64,000 nt of DNA from a virus (lineage: Duplodnaviria; Caudoviricetes): positions 1-64,000 of the IMG/VR virus record IMGVR_UViG_2974779332_000001; one strand, given 5' to 3'. The notes below the pieces were generated by a model that saw only the letters and a program-made list of their open reading frames with translations, had not been told where the DNA came from and searched no databases. Shown here piece by piece: positions 34,110 to 45,303 of this stretch; the stretch's first letter is position 1; each line of letters starts with the position of its first letter. Made by a program: the position numbers and the translations under genes.

Positions 34110-37100
34110 ATAGAGAATATTAATATCCGCTTTAGCGCTACTGCGGATTTCCGTGCGGCTTCCAGAGAAATCGAAGCCATTAATGCTCAGCTTGCAGCAA
34201 TGCAGGCTAATTTGGCACGCGGAATGACGCCAGCGGCACTATCAGCAAATCAGGCGGCATTCAGGAATCAGGTTCGCAGTCTTGGTAGCATGACTACCGA
34301 GACTATGCGTGTTGCCTCAGCTTCCGAAATGTACACCAAGGCATTGCAGAAGCAGGATATTTCTCTACGTCAGGCTCTCCGTAATCGCCAGACCTTTAAC
34401 CAGGTTCTTCGTGAGCAGTATCAGCTAAGTCGAGCTGCATCTGTTCAGTGGACGACAGGTACGCGAGGTGCGTCTACTATGGACCTAATCGTCCCTAGAG
34501 ACGCACCAGAGCGCCTAGGTAAATTCAGACAAACACTTAACGCGGTACGCGCAGGAACCATTACTACAAATGCTGCGCTAGGCGAGATGGCCATTAAGAT
34601 GGGTCTCGTCAGCCAGGTCACGTCTTCTGCCGCTGCCAACATGATTAAGTGGGGTAAGAACACTCAGTGGGCCGGACGCCAGCTAATGGTTGGTCTTACT
34701 GTTCCTGTTGTAGCGGCCGGTGCTGCAATGGGTAAGCTTGCATACGATGTAGAATCACAGATGACACGTATTGCAAAGGTATATGACTTCTCTGTATCAA
34801 AGGACACGAATGCAGCGAAGTTTGCTCAGGAGTCAGCATCCCTAAGAGCTAATTCATTCCGAGTTGCCAAGAATGCCGCAGAGCAATATGGTGCTTCAAT
34901 GAAGGACACTCTAAAGGTAGAGGCTGACCTAGCAGCGACCGGTGAAAAGGGTAATGAACTTATCGGTAAGACCAACGAGGTTATGCGTCTCGCCACCCTT
35001 GGTGAAATGGATTACCAGAAGGCTCTTGACACAACCATCACCTTGCAGTCAGTATATGGTGACAATACTTCAAAGCTTGCCGAAGACTTTAACTATATGA
35101 ACGCGGTAGAGAATGCTACCTCACTTTCTATTGAGGACTTCTCTAAGGCTATTCCAAAGGTAGCAGCGCCTATGAAGACTCTTGGAGGTTCACTCCAGGA
35201 CGTAGGTACGCTGCTCGTTGCCATGCGTGCACGTGGTATTAATGCAGTCGAAGGTGCTAACGCAATCAAGGCGTCATTCACCCGAGTCCTCAAGCCTACA
35301 AAGCAGGCAAAGGACATGTTCGAAATTCTTACGCGCCAGTCTCTGACGGAGCTGACTGACAAGACAAAGGGTGAGGTAATCCCTACCTTTGTAGCATTGC
35401 AGAAGGCAACCGCAGGACTGTCCGGTAAGAACAAGCAGAAGCTATTCTCAGCTCTATTCGGAACTCAGCAGACGACACGTCTCCAGGCAATCGTCGAGGA
35501 AATGGCCAATCTTGAGGACACAACGACTCAGGTTGGTAAGGCTTACGCGCTTGCAGGAAAGGAGTCTTCTAGCTGGGCAGACGCAGCCAGCCGAGAGATG
35601 GAAGCATTGCAGAAGTCTCCATCAGGACGACTAAAGATTGCCATTGAGTCTCTAAAGGTTGAGCTGGCAGAGGCAGGTAAGCCATTCCTTACTGTAGCAG
35701 GTGCAATTGTTCAGGCGGTAACAAAGATTGTCTCAGCATTCAATGAGCTACCAGGACCAGTAAAGTCATTCGCAACCATCGCAATTATTGCCGGTGCGAT
35801 TGCAGGTCCAATCATTATGCTAGTCGGTCTATTTGCCAACCTTGCTGGACAGGCTCTTGCAATGGGTGCAGGGCTTCTTGGACTCGTATTCCGATTCCGT
35901 GCACTTCTACCAGAACAGGTGGCATCACGTCTTGCCTCAATGCAGCAGGCAACAGCAATGCAGACTCAGGCTGGTGCCACACAGGCCCTTATCGCAACTG
36001 TTAATGAATTGACAGCAGCCCTTACACGAGCTACAGCAGCTCAGACAGGGCTACAAACTGCTGCCCGCAGAACGGCTCAAATGGGTGTGCAGCCAGGAAT
36101 TGTTTCTGGTGCTCCACTTCCACCAGCAAGGCCAGCTACCCCAACGGTTACCGGCCCAATTACAATGACTGGTGCTGGATACCGCGATGCAACTGGACGT
36201 GCTCTAACACAGGCAGAAGTTAGAAACTGGCAGGCGGCTCAGAACGCGTCTACGCAGATTAACAACAATGCCACAAGAACACGTCGTACATGGCAGCAGA
36301 TGGGAAGCAGTTTCCAGAACGTAGCGCTAGCAGCAGGATTTATGGGAACAATGGTTACCGACTCAGGAACCATGGCTAACAACATTTCCCAGATGATTAT
36401 CCCTCTAGCCCTGTTCGGACCAATGCTTATTGGACCTATCACCAAGTTCGCAGGAGCCATTAAGACAATTGCTATGCCAGCAATCAGTGCCATTGGTAGT
36501 GCAGCCACATCCGTATTCGGAACTGTTGCTACCAGAGGCCGAGCAGCCATGGGCGCAGTACGTAGCTCAATTGGAGGCGCGGTAGCTGCAATGGGTGGTC
36601 TTAGTGCGATTATGGGTACAGCCCTAGCAGTTGCCCTTGCAATTGGTGCAGCCTGGTACATTATCAACAAGAACATTGCAGCCTCTCGAAAGGAACAGGA
36701 AAACATTGAGAGGTCTGCCGATGCATGGTCAAAGACTCTAGGATTTGCCTACACCGAGCAGCAGAAGATTGTTGCTCAGGGTGGAAAGAATGTAGATTCT
36801 CTTAACGACAAGATGAACACCTTCAAGAAGAACAACAAGGACGCATACAACGATATGCAGAAGTTCTACGACGCATCCGAAGCTGAGAAGTGGGGACGTG
36901 CTATTGAAGAGGGTGTAAAGGTTCGTCTTCACGGTGGTACAAAGAGCGCGGCAGAAGAGGCCACGAAGGTTGCTCTTGGTATCATGGGTCAGCGTTATTC
37001 AAAGGCTCAATTTGAGTACAAGCTAAAGGCTCAAATTGACTTTGATGACGTAGAGGCAACCATTAAGAAGAGAATGAAGGACGCAGCTCAGGATATGTCT

Positions 37101-40100
37101 GACGCAACGAATCTAAAGTTCGACCAGTCAAAGTCTGAGAGTTTCGGACGATTTTTTGCCAACCCAGGAACCATTCAGCAGAAGGCCGGTGTTGCAGTAA
37201 GACAGAACGCTAAGGACTTGTGGGATATTTATGACAATACCCAGGAGGCCGAAAAGAAGCGTGTCTTCGCACAGATTGCCGACGCAGCAAACTCTGAATC
37301 AGTAAAGCTATTCGAGACCTATAAGAAGAAGTATTCCAAGGAATTCAAGGAAATGGGTATCGAGACCTTCAAGGACTGGACTGACTACCTCAGTGAAAAC
37401 ACGGGCGGCGGCCAGGAAGGAACTACCCTTGGAGTAAAGCTTGGACTATCTGATGGAGAAATCCACAAGGTCCAGCGTGCTGCTGATGCTGTAAAGGACT
37501 TCAATAAGGAATTCGCAGACCAGCAGGGTATTCCAAAGGGTAAAGCAACCTACAACACAGAAGACCTTAAGAAGTACATCCCAGAACTCAATAAGGTTGA
37601 AAAGCAGACCTGGACTGTAAAGCAGGCTCAGGACATGTACAACTCAACTCTTAGAGAGTATTCACGAGCAGGTGTAAGCATGGATAACCAGACCAAGCTT
37701 AACACTCTTAACACCTATCGTAGAATGGCTGGGCTCGAAGATGCTACTAAGGTCGAGCAGGGATTCCAGAAGGCAATCGATAATTCAACCGATTCCCTAA
37801 GCCAGAACCTTGACGCCATTGAAATGAATTCTGACAATGTTGGTCAGTTTGTAGATGCTTACAAGAGCGCGTTCTCAAACACACAGAGCGACGCTCTAGG
37901 TGAGGCTGAGAACATTATGAACAACCAGCAGGAAGCTGAAATCGACGCCATCAACGCTCGCTCAGAGGCCCGCTCAAAGGCCCTGGACGCTGCTCAGGAA
38001 AAGGCAGATGACAGGTTCGATGCTCGCCAGGAACGAACTGAAAAGCGTTTCGAGGCGAAGCAGGACGCCCTTGATAAGAAGTACGAGAAGAAGCAGAAGG
38101 CGTTCGACAAGAAGTGGGATAACATCATGGAAAACCACGACAAGAAGTGGGAAGGCCGTACTGATGCTATCAACAAGCTATACGACGCACGAGTAAAGAA
38201 GATTGAAGACGCAATCAAGGCTGAGGAAGATGCCGAGAATAAGCGTCAGGAAATCTTCGAGAAGGAAAAGACTCGTATGCAGCGCATGGCTTCTTTGGCG
38301 AATCAGAACATCGATTTCAACATGGCCATCAATTCAGGTAATCTAGATGAGGCTGCCAAGATTGGTAACAACATTCAGGCTGACATGAATGAATGGGCAA
38401 CTGAGGATGCTGCTGCGTCAAGTCAGTCTGCTTCCGACAAGAAGATTGAAGGACTTAACAAGCAGAAGGATTCTGTTGAGGCAGAGCGTGACAAGCGACT
38501 AAAGGTCATCCAGCAAATGGAAGAGGCCGAAAAGAAGCAGCTCGAAAACCGAAAGGAAAGAGAGCAGGAAGCTCTGAATGCTCAGCGTGAAGCTGCAAAC
38601 AAGTCATTGCAGGTTGCCCGTGAAAAGGCCCTAAAGCAGATTCAGATTGAGCGTGAAGCTTACCAGAAGATGATTCAGGCTCAGCGTGAGGCTCTACAGA
38701 AGGAGACTCAGGATAAGACAAAGGCTGTACAGCGCAAGTACGAGGCTGCTAAGCGTGGTCTTGAAAATGAGCTGGCGACATTGAAGGCATTTGTTCCTCG
38801 TAACAAGAAGGAGCTAGATGACCATATCAAGAAGATTGAAGAGGCTTACAAGAAGTATGGTGTAAACCTAAAGGGCAAGGGTAATGACTGGTCCAAGTAC
38901 ATCAAGGAAAGTCTTAACAAGAACATCAAGGCTGCCGCTTCTGACCTAAAGAACACCATCGCTTGGGACAAGCTTGGTAAGTCTGTCGCAAACGAGATTT
39001 CTGAGGGAGCCTTTGGTCTAACTATCGGTCAGTTCTCAACTTGGGTAACTAAGGGAACTCTGCCAAAGTCTGGTCTCAATGAGAAGTCTGGAAAGAATAA
39101 GTCTCTAGACGCTCACCACGAGGGTGGACTAATTGGTGGAAAGGCCGGTGGTTCTGGTAGAACCGGTTACTCTGGTGGACGTGCTCATTCAGAGATTGAT
39201 ATTCGTGCCAAGAAGGGCGAGTTCATGATGAAGGACAAGGCCGTAAAGAAGTACGGTGTTGACTTCATGGAGAATCTAAACTCTGGAAAGCTCGGAACTG
39301 GTGGAATTGGTGGAGCCGAAGGAATGGGTCTCGCTGGTGTCCTTGGTGCTGGAATGTTCGGAATGATGCAGAATGTAATCCAGGCTGGTCTACAGCAGGG
39401 TGCTAACCAGGCAATGATGCTCGGTATTGCAGGAACCGCTATTCCTGGAGCTGCTGGTATTTATGGTGGAATCAACCTAACCGCTGAGCAGCTACAGAAT
39501 GCGGCTACCATTATTGCGACCGGTAAGGGAATGGGTGCAAACAACAATGACCTTATCGTATCCATCATGACTGCAATGCAGGAATCAGGAATCCGAAACC
39601 TCAAGTACGGTGACCGTGACTCCATTGGTCTATTCCAGCAGCGTCCTTCTCAGGGCTGGGGTACAGTAGAGCAGATTCTAAATCCTTCTTACGCAGCAAC
39701 GCAGTTCTTCAAGCACTTGCTTGCAATGAAGGGAAGAGGAAAGCTCAGCCTAACTCAGCAGGCTCAGGCAGTTCAGCGTTCTGGATTCCCTGGCGCTTAT
39801 GCTAAGTGGGAAGACATGGCTCGTGCGGTTGTTTCTGCTACTACGTTCCAGGCTCTTACTGGAAATGGTGGATTCCGTCGTCCAGTTCAGGGACCTGTTT
39901 CCCGAGACTGGGCACACCACAGCAACCTTCCAAGAGCTACTGACTTCGGAGTTCCAGTTGGAACACCAATTGTCGCGGCAATGAATGGTAATGTCACTAC
40001 ATCTAAGGACCTTAAGGGTTCTGGTAATGGTGGATACCGTTCATACGGTAGATACATCACCATTGGAAATGGAATGGACAGCACACTCTACGCTCACCTT

Positions 40101-40505
40101 TCAAGGAGAAGCGTAAGCGCTGGACAGAGTGTTCGTGCAGGACAGCTAATTGGTTACTCTGGTAACACAGGTAATTCAACCGGTCCTCACCTCCACTTTG
40201 AGACCTGGCGCGGTGGAAAGGATATTCCTCCAGGCACCTTTGGAATTCCTGGTCTTGCAGTAGGTGGAAAGATTAAGTACGACAACACCATTGCAAACCT
40301 TCATAGAAATGAGGCAGTTCTTACAGCTCCACTCACAGCAAAGCTTGAGAATGGAATTGACAGAATTGACTCAGGAGGCGGTAACACTTACAATTTCAAT
40401 ATCAATGCAGAAGCTATCAACACTGAGATTGACTTTGAGAAGGTTGTTACCAAGGTTCTTAACAAGGTTGAGAGCAATAAGGGAAGGAGCAGGAAGGTAC
40501 AGTAA
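34110..40505 (+). CDS. Tape measure protein with C-terminal lysozyme-like and M23 peptidase domains
   Basis: Over 2100 aa, Ala-rich and helical. TAMQESG..GLFQQRPSQGWG and GNSTGPHLHFE. The open frame extends upstream to an ATA at 34110. Confidence 0.95.
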   Translation: MENINIRFSATADFRAASREIEAINAQLAAMQANLARGMTPAALSANQAAFRNQVRSLGSMTTETMRVASASEMYTKALQKQDISLRQALRNRQTFNQVLREQYQLSRAASVQWTTGTRGASTMDLIVPRDAPERLGKFRQTLNAVRAGTITTNAALGEMAIKMGLVSQVTSSAAANMIKWGKNTQWAGRQLMVGLTVPVVAAGAAMGKLAYDVESQMTRIAKVYDFSVSKDTNAAKFAQESASLRANSFRVAKNAAEQYGASMKDTLKVEADLAATGEKGNELIGKTNEVMRLATLGEMDYQKALDTTITLQSVYGDNTSKLAEDFNYMNAVENATSLSIEDFSKAIPKVAAPMKTLGGSLQDVGTLLVAMRARGINAVEGANAIKASFTRVLKPTKQAKDMFEILTRQSLTELTDKTKGEVIPTFVALQKATAGLSGKNKQKLFSALFGTQQTTRLQAIVEEMANLEDTTTQVGKAYALAGKESSSWADAASREMEALQKSPSGRLKIAIESLKVELAEAGKPFLTVAGAIVQAVTKIVSAFNELPGPVKSFATIAIIAGAIAGPIIMLVGLFANLAGQALAMGAGLLGLVFRFRALLPEQVASRLASMQQATAMQTQAGATQALIATVNELTAALTRATAAQTGLQTAARRTAQMGVQPGIVSGAPLPPARPATPTVTGPITMTGAGYRDATGRALTQAEVRNWQAAQNASTQINNNATRTRRTWQQMGSSFQNVALAAGFMGTMVTDSGTMANNISQMIIPLALFGPMLIGPITKFAGAIKTIAMPAISAIGSAATSVFGTVATRGRAAMGAVRSSIGGAVAAMGGLSAIMGTALAVALAIGAAWYIINKNIAASRKEQENIERSADAWSKTLGFAYTEQQKIVAQGGKNVDSLNDKMNTFKKNNKDAYNDMQKFYDASEAEKWGRAIEEGVKVRLHGGTKSAAEEATKVALGIMGQRYSKAQFEYKLKAQIDFDDVEATIKKRMKDAAQDMSDATNLKFDQSKSESFGRFFANPGTIQQKAGVAVRQNAKDLWDIYDNTQEAEKKRVFAQIADAANSESVKLFETYKKKYSKEFKEMGIETFKDWTDYLSENTGGGQEGTTLGVKLGLSDGEIHKVQRAADAVKDFNKEFADQQGIPKGKATYNTEDLKKYIPELNKVEKQTWTVKQAQDMYNSTLREYSRAGVSMDNQTKLNTLNTYRRMAGLEDATKVEQGFQKAIDNSTDSLSQNLDAIEMNSDNVGQFVDAYKSAFSNTQSDALGEAENIMNNQQEAEIDAINARSEARSKALDAAQEKADDRFDARQERTEKRFEAKQDALDKKYEKKQKAFDKKWDNIMENHDKKWEGRTDAINKLYDARVKKIEDAIKAEEDAENKRQEIFEKEKTRMQRMASLANQNIDFNMAINSGNLDEAAKIGNNIQADMNEWATEDAAASSQSASDKKIEGLNKQKDSVEAERDKRLKVIQQMEEAEKKQLENRKEREQEALNAQREAANKSLQVAREKALKQIQIEREAYQKMIQAQREALQKETQDKTKAVQRKYEAAKRGLENELATLKAFVPRNKKELDDHIKKIEEAYKKYGVNLKGKGNDWSKYIKESLNKNIKAAASDLKNTIAWDKLGKSVANEISEGAFGLTIGQFSTWVTKGTLPKSGLNEKSGKNKSLDAHHEGGLIGGKAGGSGRTGYSGGRAHSEIDIRAKKGEFMMKDKAVKKYGVDFMENLNSGKLGTGGIGGAEGMGLAGVLGAGMFGMMQNVIQAGLQQGANQAMMLGIAGTAIPGAAGIYGGINLTAEQLQNAATIIATGKGMGANNNDLIVSIMTAMQESGIRNLKYGDRDSIGLFQQRPSQGWGTVEQILNPSYAATQFFKHLLAMKGRGKLSLTQQAQAVQRSGFPGAYAKWEDMARAVVSATTFQALTGNGGFRRPVQGPVSRDWAHHSNLPRATDFGVPVGTPIVAAMNGNVTTSKDLKGSGNGGYRSYGRYITIGNGMDSTLYAHLSRRSVSAGQSVRAGQLIGYSGNTGNSTGPHLHFETWRGGKDIPPGTFGIPGLAVGGKIKYDNTIANLHRNEAVLTAPLTAKLENGIDRIDSGGGNTYNFNINAEAINTEIDFEKVVTKVLNKVESNKGRSRKVQ

Positions 40506-40906
40506 TGCCTATTACATTTGCCAAGCCAAGACTGATGCGTTGGGCTAACAACGCAATTTCTGACCACAATCGTGCGGAACTCTCAATCGACGTTGAGCGA
40601 ATTGAGAAAAAGCAGCGTATGGCAGATGGCACCATGAGAAAGTACATTGTTGCAGACAAGCGTACTTTCGGTGTGTCATGGCAGAACCTACCGCATTCCT
40701 CCTCCTATACGGTAGACGGTTTCTGGGGTGCGCGTCAAATGAAGTCATTCTTTGACGCCACCCCAGGGGCCTTTACACTAGAGCTGACGTATGGAGACGG
40801 AACGGTAGAAACATATCAGGTCATGTTTTCTGACTTCAACATGAACCTAACAAAGAGAGGTCATTACGACTTCTACGAAGTCACAGTTTCATTGGAACAG
40901 GTATAA
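40505..40906 (+). CDS. Minor tail protein (distal-tail-like)
   Basis: Directly after the tape measure gene. RMADGTMR motif. Confidence 0.7.
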   Translation: MPITFAKPRLMRWANNAISDHNRAELSIDVERIEKKQRMADGTMRKYIVADKRTFGVSWQNLPHSSSYTVDGFWGARQMKSFFDATPGAFTLELTYGDGTVETYQVMFSDFNMNLTKRGHYDFYEVTVSLEQV

Positions 40907-43900
40907 ATGCAGACAACGACACTTGAAGTGAACAAGCTATTGAAGGAGGGGCTAGCCGTAAAGGCTCTGCCCCAGCTTATTGCTGAATGGAATATGAATC
41001 GTTATGCTGGGATTCAGACAGTAGACAGCACCCCAACAGAATATGATGAGGGTGACCCAGAATACTACCCAATTGAATCAATTGCCGACCCACTGAGACC
41101 ATCCTCACGAGGAATTGTAAAGGCGCGAGCCAGCGTTGAGGGAATTGTTTCTGAGTACACAGACAGGCCCGGCGATAAAAGGTATTACCTTGCAGACTAT
41201 GATGACCCATATAAGTATTGGTCATCCCCAGTAGCAAGTTCTCTTATTGGTGGGCTCAATGGCTTCTCAAAGACTGTACGACCTTACATCATTTACAAGA
41301 CAGCAAGCTGGACCAACAAGCTGTATTTCCTGTTTGAGAATTCAGCAGCATGGCCTGTGGATTACGATATCGACATCACTACTGACGGTACCAACTGGAC
41401 TACTGTTGGTGGAGACATCATTCCTGATTCCAAGGGGCGTGTTGTTCTGTATCGCCAGGCAAATGGAACTTGGGGTACAGCAGTTTACCGAGACAATCCT
41501 GTAAAGCTAAAGGGTATTCGCCTCAAGGTAAATACGCTTTCATCTGTGGGCAAGTACCTTGAGCTAATCGAGATGTCTTGCCGACTTGAACAGGATTTGA
41601 CAGCAACGTTGATGACTAGCAGTTCTCAGTTCAATATGGGAACAACTTCCTTCATCACGCCTTTGGGCTCAGCTTCATCAAATACTGCAAGCATTCAGCT
41701 TTCAAACATTGATGGACGATACAACAACACCAATGATGAATCCCTGTTTTACGGTCTTGTAGATAAAAACATCAAGTTCACTTATAGAATTGGTTATGAC
41801 ACGACGCCGGTAGGCGGAAGTGGCATGGTCTATGTAACTGAATACACAATGTTCGCAGATAGCTGGGCAGGCCAGGGAGAGGAAATTGCAACAGTTTCCT
41901 TGAAGGACGCATCAAAGTTCTTGCAGGAAATCAAGCCTCCAAAGATGTTCTTCGAGAACATGACTCTTGGACGTATTGTTTGGCAGCTCTGTGACATTAT
42001 TGGATTCAGTGACTATTTCTATGACAAGACTGATGACGACAAGGCAACCATCGTTCCATACTTCTGGACAGATGGAGAAAAGACCATCTGGGAGATTTTC
42101 AGTAGTCTCGCCAGCACGACCCAGTCAGCCATCTACTTTGATGAATTTGGAATTCTACAGATTCTCACCAGAGACAAGGCGTACAACATTGGTAATCCAA
42201 TTGCGTGGCAGCTAGATGGTGTAGTCAATGGAACTAAGCAGCCAGACATTGTTGACGTGGCTCAGAGCTATGACTTCGAAGCAAACAACGTAACTGTCAG
42301 ATATCAGGCTACCAGTATTTCTGATGTCCAGGGTAGAACCCCTGTCATGGACATTGCTTGGCAGCCAGAAGGCGATGTTGTTCTTAGAAGCAGCCAGCTC
42401 AGAGAGTCAATGGATGCTACACAAATGTTCATCAGAATGACCGGCAGCGAAGCATCAGTCTGGCCTTATTCAGGAATCATTGAGTGTGAAGGTGAACTGA
42501 TGCGTTATGACGCAAAGGGCTATTGGTACTACAACAAGTCTGGGGTGGCGACCTTTAAGGCCATCACATCAGCCGATGAAAAGAAGCAGATTGATGAGGA
42601 GCTAAGTTCACCAGAGCTAGCATTCAAGAACTACTTCTCTGGATGGTTCAGAATTGCTGAGCGAGGTCTATGGAACACATATCCAGCAGCACATAAGGAT
42701 GACGCATCTGGATATGGAGTGAAGGTTGCTAATTACAAGGGGGATTACAAGACCTGGACTGGCGGATTCGTTCACAATAAGGACCAGTCAACCATCAGCT
42801 TGAAGGCCACCACATCCACTAACGTCAATACATGTTACGTGGCGTCTCGTGGTAGTGAAACTGATAAAAGCATTTGGTACGTGGGCACCAGGCTTCGTTT
42901 CAGGGACACTGGATACAACCACGGAATGGCTGGCATCGCCTTCAATCTCGGCAGCAAGGACAAGGGCTACTACATGGAGATTTGCCGAACAGACAGACTT
43001 CCAGGTGGGCGAAAGTATCAGAATGAAATCAACTTCTATATCCGTAGAAGCAATGGAAAGCTGGAGCGATTCGGCCCAAGCTCTGGTAAGGGTGTTGCCA
43101 TGGCCATTTCAAAGAATATTTGGTACGACATTGACATCGCCATCAGAATGGAGAACGGTGTTTATGGAGACCCAGGTGCATTTGTTGGTCACGTTATTCA
43201 GGTAAGCATCAATGGTAATTCAGTCATGACCTTCACTATTCCAGTATCAAAGAAGGAGCCTTTGACAGGACGCTTTGGTGTCTTTACTCGTGGAAGCACT
43301 CACGCTGACTTTGAATATCTGTATGGAAATGGAACAACAGAAGACCTGCACATCGATACCACTGATATGTTCGATAGAATTCGCGGCGGCATTGTAAGTA
43401 GCCAGGCTGATTCAGAGTGGATTTACAAGTGGCACTACACAAGTCACATCGTAAAGAAAAAGAAGAAGTATCTGTGGGCCAGATATGCTCAGAGATTCTT
43501 TGATGACTTCGGTCCTATCTGTCATGAGCTTAGAGAGTATGACGTGCAGTTTGATAAGTTCCCTGCCGTTCACTCAAATATCTATTTCTCAAATGACACA
43601 CAGGTCGTCTGTCCTGAATACAATGCCAATCCATTTGGTGCCAAGTTCATTCTTGCAAATGCTTACAGGAATAATGCTATTGTCAACGGTGAAGACACTT
43701 TGACGTTTGGTGCAGATAATCCTGTTGAGCAGAAGCTCATGATTTATGGTCGAACAGTAAACAAGGAAGATGAGAAGACAATTGTTTCCAAGAACGACGA
43801 TGCTATTCGTCGTCGTGGAAGCGTAGAAACAGAAGTCTCCTCTGACTGGATTCAGACAGAGAGTGCTGCTCAAGCCCTCGCAGACTGGATTACTTATCAC

Positions 43901-44098
43901 TGGGCAGATGGTTGTGATGAGGTGGAGGCTGAAATCTTTGGTAACCCATTGATTCAGCTTGGAGACATCGTGTCCATCAATTATCCACAGAAGGATTTTG
44001 ACCCGGTACATCATAGGTACTTTGTCGTAGAACTCAATAGAGGATATGACACTGGATATGACACGACGAAGCTCACGTTGCGCAGAGTCAAGGCTTAA
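40907..44098 (+). CDS. Minor tail protein (hub/Tal-like)
   Basis: 1063 aa, C-terminal GNPLIQLGDIV, plus gene position. Confidence 0.75.
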   Translation: MQTTTLEVNKLLKEGLAVKALPQLIAEWNMNRYAGIQTVDSTPTEYDEGDPEYYPIESIADPLRPSSRGIVKARASVEGIVSEYTDRPGDKRYYLADYDDPYKYWSSPVASSLIGGLNGFSKTVRPYIIYKTASWTNKLYFLFENSAAWPVDYDIDITTDGTNWTTVGGDIIPDSKGRVVLYRQANGTWGTAVYRDNPVKLKGIRLKVNTLSSVGKYLELIEMSCRLEQDLTATLMTSSSQFNMGTTSFITPLGSASSNTASIQLSNIDGRYNNTNDESLFYGLVDKNIKFTYRIGYDTTPVGGSGMVYVTEYTMFADSWAGQGEEIATVSLKDASKFLQEIKPPKMFFENMTLGRIVWQLCDIIGFSDYFYDKTDDDKATIVPYFWTDGEKTIWEIFSSLASTTQSAIYFDEFGILQILTRDKAYNIGNPIAWQLDGVVNGTKQPDIVDVAQSYDFEANNVTVRYQATSISDVQGRTPVMDIAWQPEGDVVLRSSQLRESMDATQMFIRMTGSEASVWPYSGIIECEGELMRYDAKGYWYYNKSGVATFKAITSADEKKQIDEELSSPELAFKNYFSGWFRIAERGLWNTYPAAHKDDASGYGVKVANYKGDYKTWTGGFVHNKDQSTISLKATTSTNVNTCYVASRGSETDKSIWYVGTRLRFRDTGYNHGMAGIAFNLGSKDKGYYMEICRTDRLPGGRKYQNEINFYIRRSNGKLERFGPSSGKGVAMAISKNIWYDIDIAIRMENGVYGDPGAFVGHVIQVSINGNSVMTFTIPVSKKEPLTGRFGVFTRGSTHADFEYLYGNGTTEDLHIDTTDMFDRIRGGIVSSQADSEWIYKWHYTSHIVKKKKKYLWARYAQRFFDDFGPICHELREYDVQFDKFPAVHSNIYFSNDTQVVCPEYNANPFGAKFILANAYRNNAIVNGEDTLTFGADNPVEQKLMIYGRTVNKEDEKTIVSKNDDAIRRRGSVETEVSSDWIQTESAAQALADWITYHWADGCDEVEAEIFGNPLIQLGDIVSINYPQKDFDPVHHRYFVVELNRGYDTGYDTTKLTLRRVKA

Positions 44099-44134
44099 TT
44101 TTGCCTTTGTGCAACTGTGAGATATAATCAATCC

Positions 44135-44509
44135 ATGAGCATTAACAGCAATCAAATCATCAAGAAGCCTGATGTCGTCATCAACCCCAACTTCTTTCTT
44201 CCACCTGGGGTTGTTGATGCACGCTATCCAAATGATGAAGAGGTCACCACTGGTGATGTCGATATCATCAGCGATATCACGGATACAACCGATGATATTG
44301 TAAATACCGATGGTGACACAGTCACTGATGACCCAAGTGATGTTGGTGAAGAAAATGACACCGACAAGCTCTATCCACCTGACACGGTAATCGTAGTGAG
44401 CCAAACAATTCGTTTTAGCGAAACTGGCCAGCAGGTAGTAGATGTAATTCTTGAGGTTCCAGACGTGCAGGACTCAATTCAGGTAGACGTTAGGATGACA
44501 AAGGCATGA
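44135..44509 (+). CDS. Minor tail-region protein, leaderless
   Basis: TATAAT-6nt-ATG. Asp/Thr-rich. Confidence 0.7.
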   Translation: MSINSNQIIKKPDVVINPNFFLPPGVVDARYPNDEEVTTGDVDIISDITDTTDDIVNTDGDTVTDDPSDVGEENDTDKLYPPDTVIVVSQTIRFSETGQQVVDVILEVPDVQDSIQVDVRMTKA

Positions 44510-45303
44510 TAACAACTCAAGGAAAGTCTGTAATCTTTAGATACCTGGCAGGAAACCTACCTCGCATCGCAGATTCAATTGCTATCGGTATTGGCGCATC
44601 AGCCGAAAATGTAAACGATACAGCATTGGACTTCGAGGCGGACAGGGTTCCTGTCTCTTTGGTGTCTGCTGATATTGTCAACGACAAAATCGTATTCAAG
44701 GGAACCATTCCACAGGAATACGTTGGAACAATTTATGAGGTTGGTCTGTGGTTCGGAACTCCACCACAAACGGCTGGTAATAGTTCTGTGATTGTAAGCT
44801 TTGATTCCACTACAGAAGACTGGTCTACGCCAACATGGAATACCAGCCTAGCAAGAATTGGAACAGATGCCTTGCAGGTAGCTGGAGGGGCTAGCTCAAC
44901 TCTGACAGACATTGTTCTTGACCTCTCTGTATTCTCAGATTCAGACTTTATGTCTCTGGCTTACAATGCAGATGCAGCCATTAACAATGTAGCTGTCAGA
45001 TTCAGCACAGACGACACAAACTATTACGAATATAGCTTTGCTGCTGCCACAGGGTATGAAATCAAGACTATGGGCAAGACGGCATTTACGGCTACTGGAA
45101 CACCAGATTGGGCAAACATCACCAAGATTACTGTTTCAGCGACCGGCACAGGAAACGCAGTATTTGATGGTATTAGAGCAGAAGACGCTGACACACTAAG
45201 TGTAGATTACTCACTTGTTGCCAGAAGCGTATTGCCATCACCAAAGCTAAAGACTGCGGATACTGAGATGGATATTGAGTACGCATTGGAAATCACTATA
45301 TGA
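44506..45303 (+). CDS. Minor tail protein
   Basis: MITTQGK..IAIGIG..IYEVGL, typical of baseplate or fibre-attachment proteins. Confidence 0.7.
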   Translation: MITTQGKSVIFRYLAGNLPRIADSIAIGIGASAENVNDTALDFEADRVPVSLVSADIVNDKIVFKGTIPQEYVGTIYEVGLWFGTPPQTAGNSSVIVSFDSTTEDWSTPTWNTSLARIGTDALQVAGGASSTLTDIVLDLSVFSDSDFMSLAYNADAAINNVAVRFSTDDTNYYEYSFAAATGYEIKTMGKTAFTATGTPDWANITKITVSATGTGNAVFDGIRAEDADTLSVDYSLVARSVLPSPKLKTADTEMDIEYALEITI

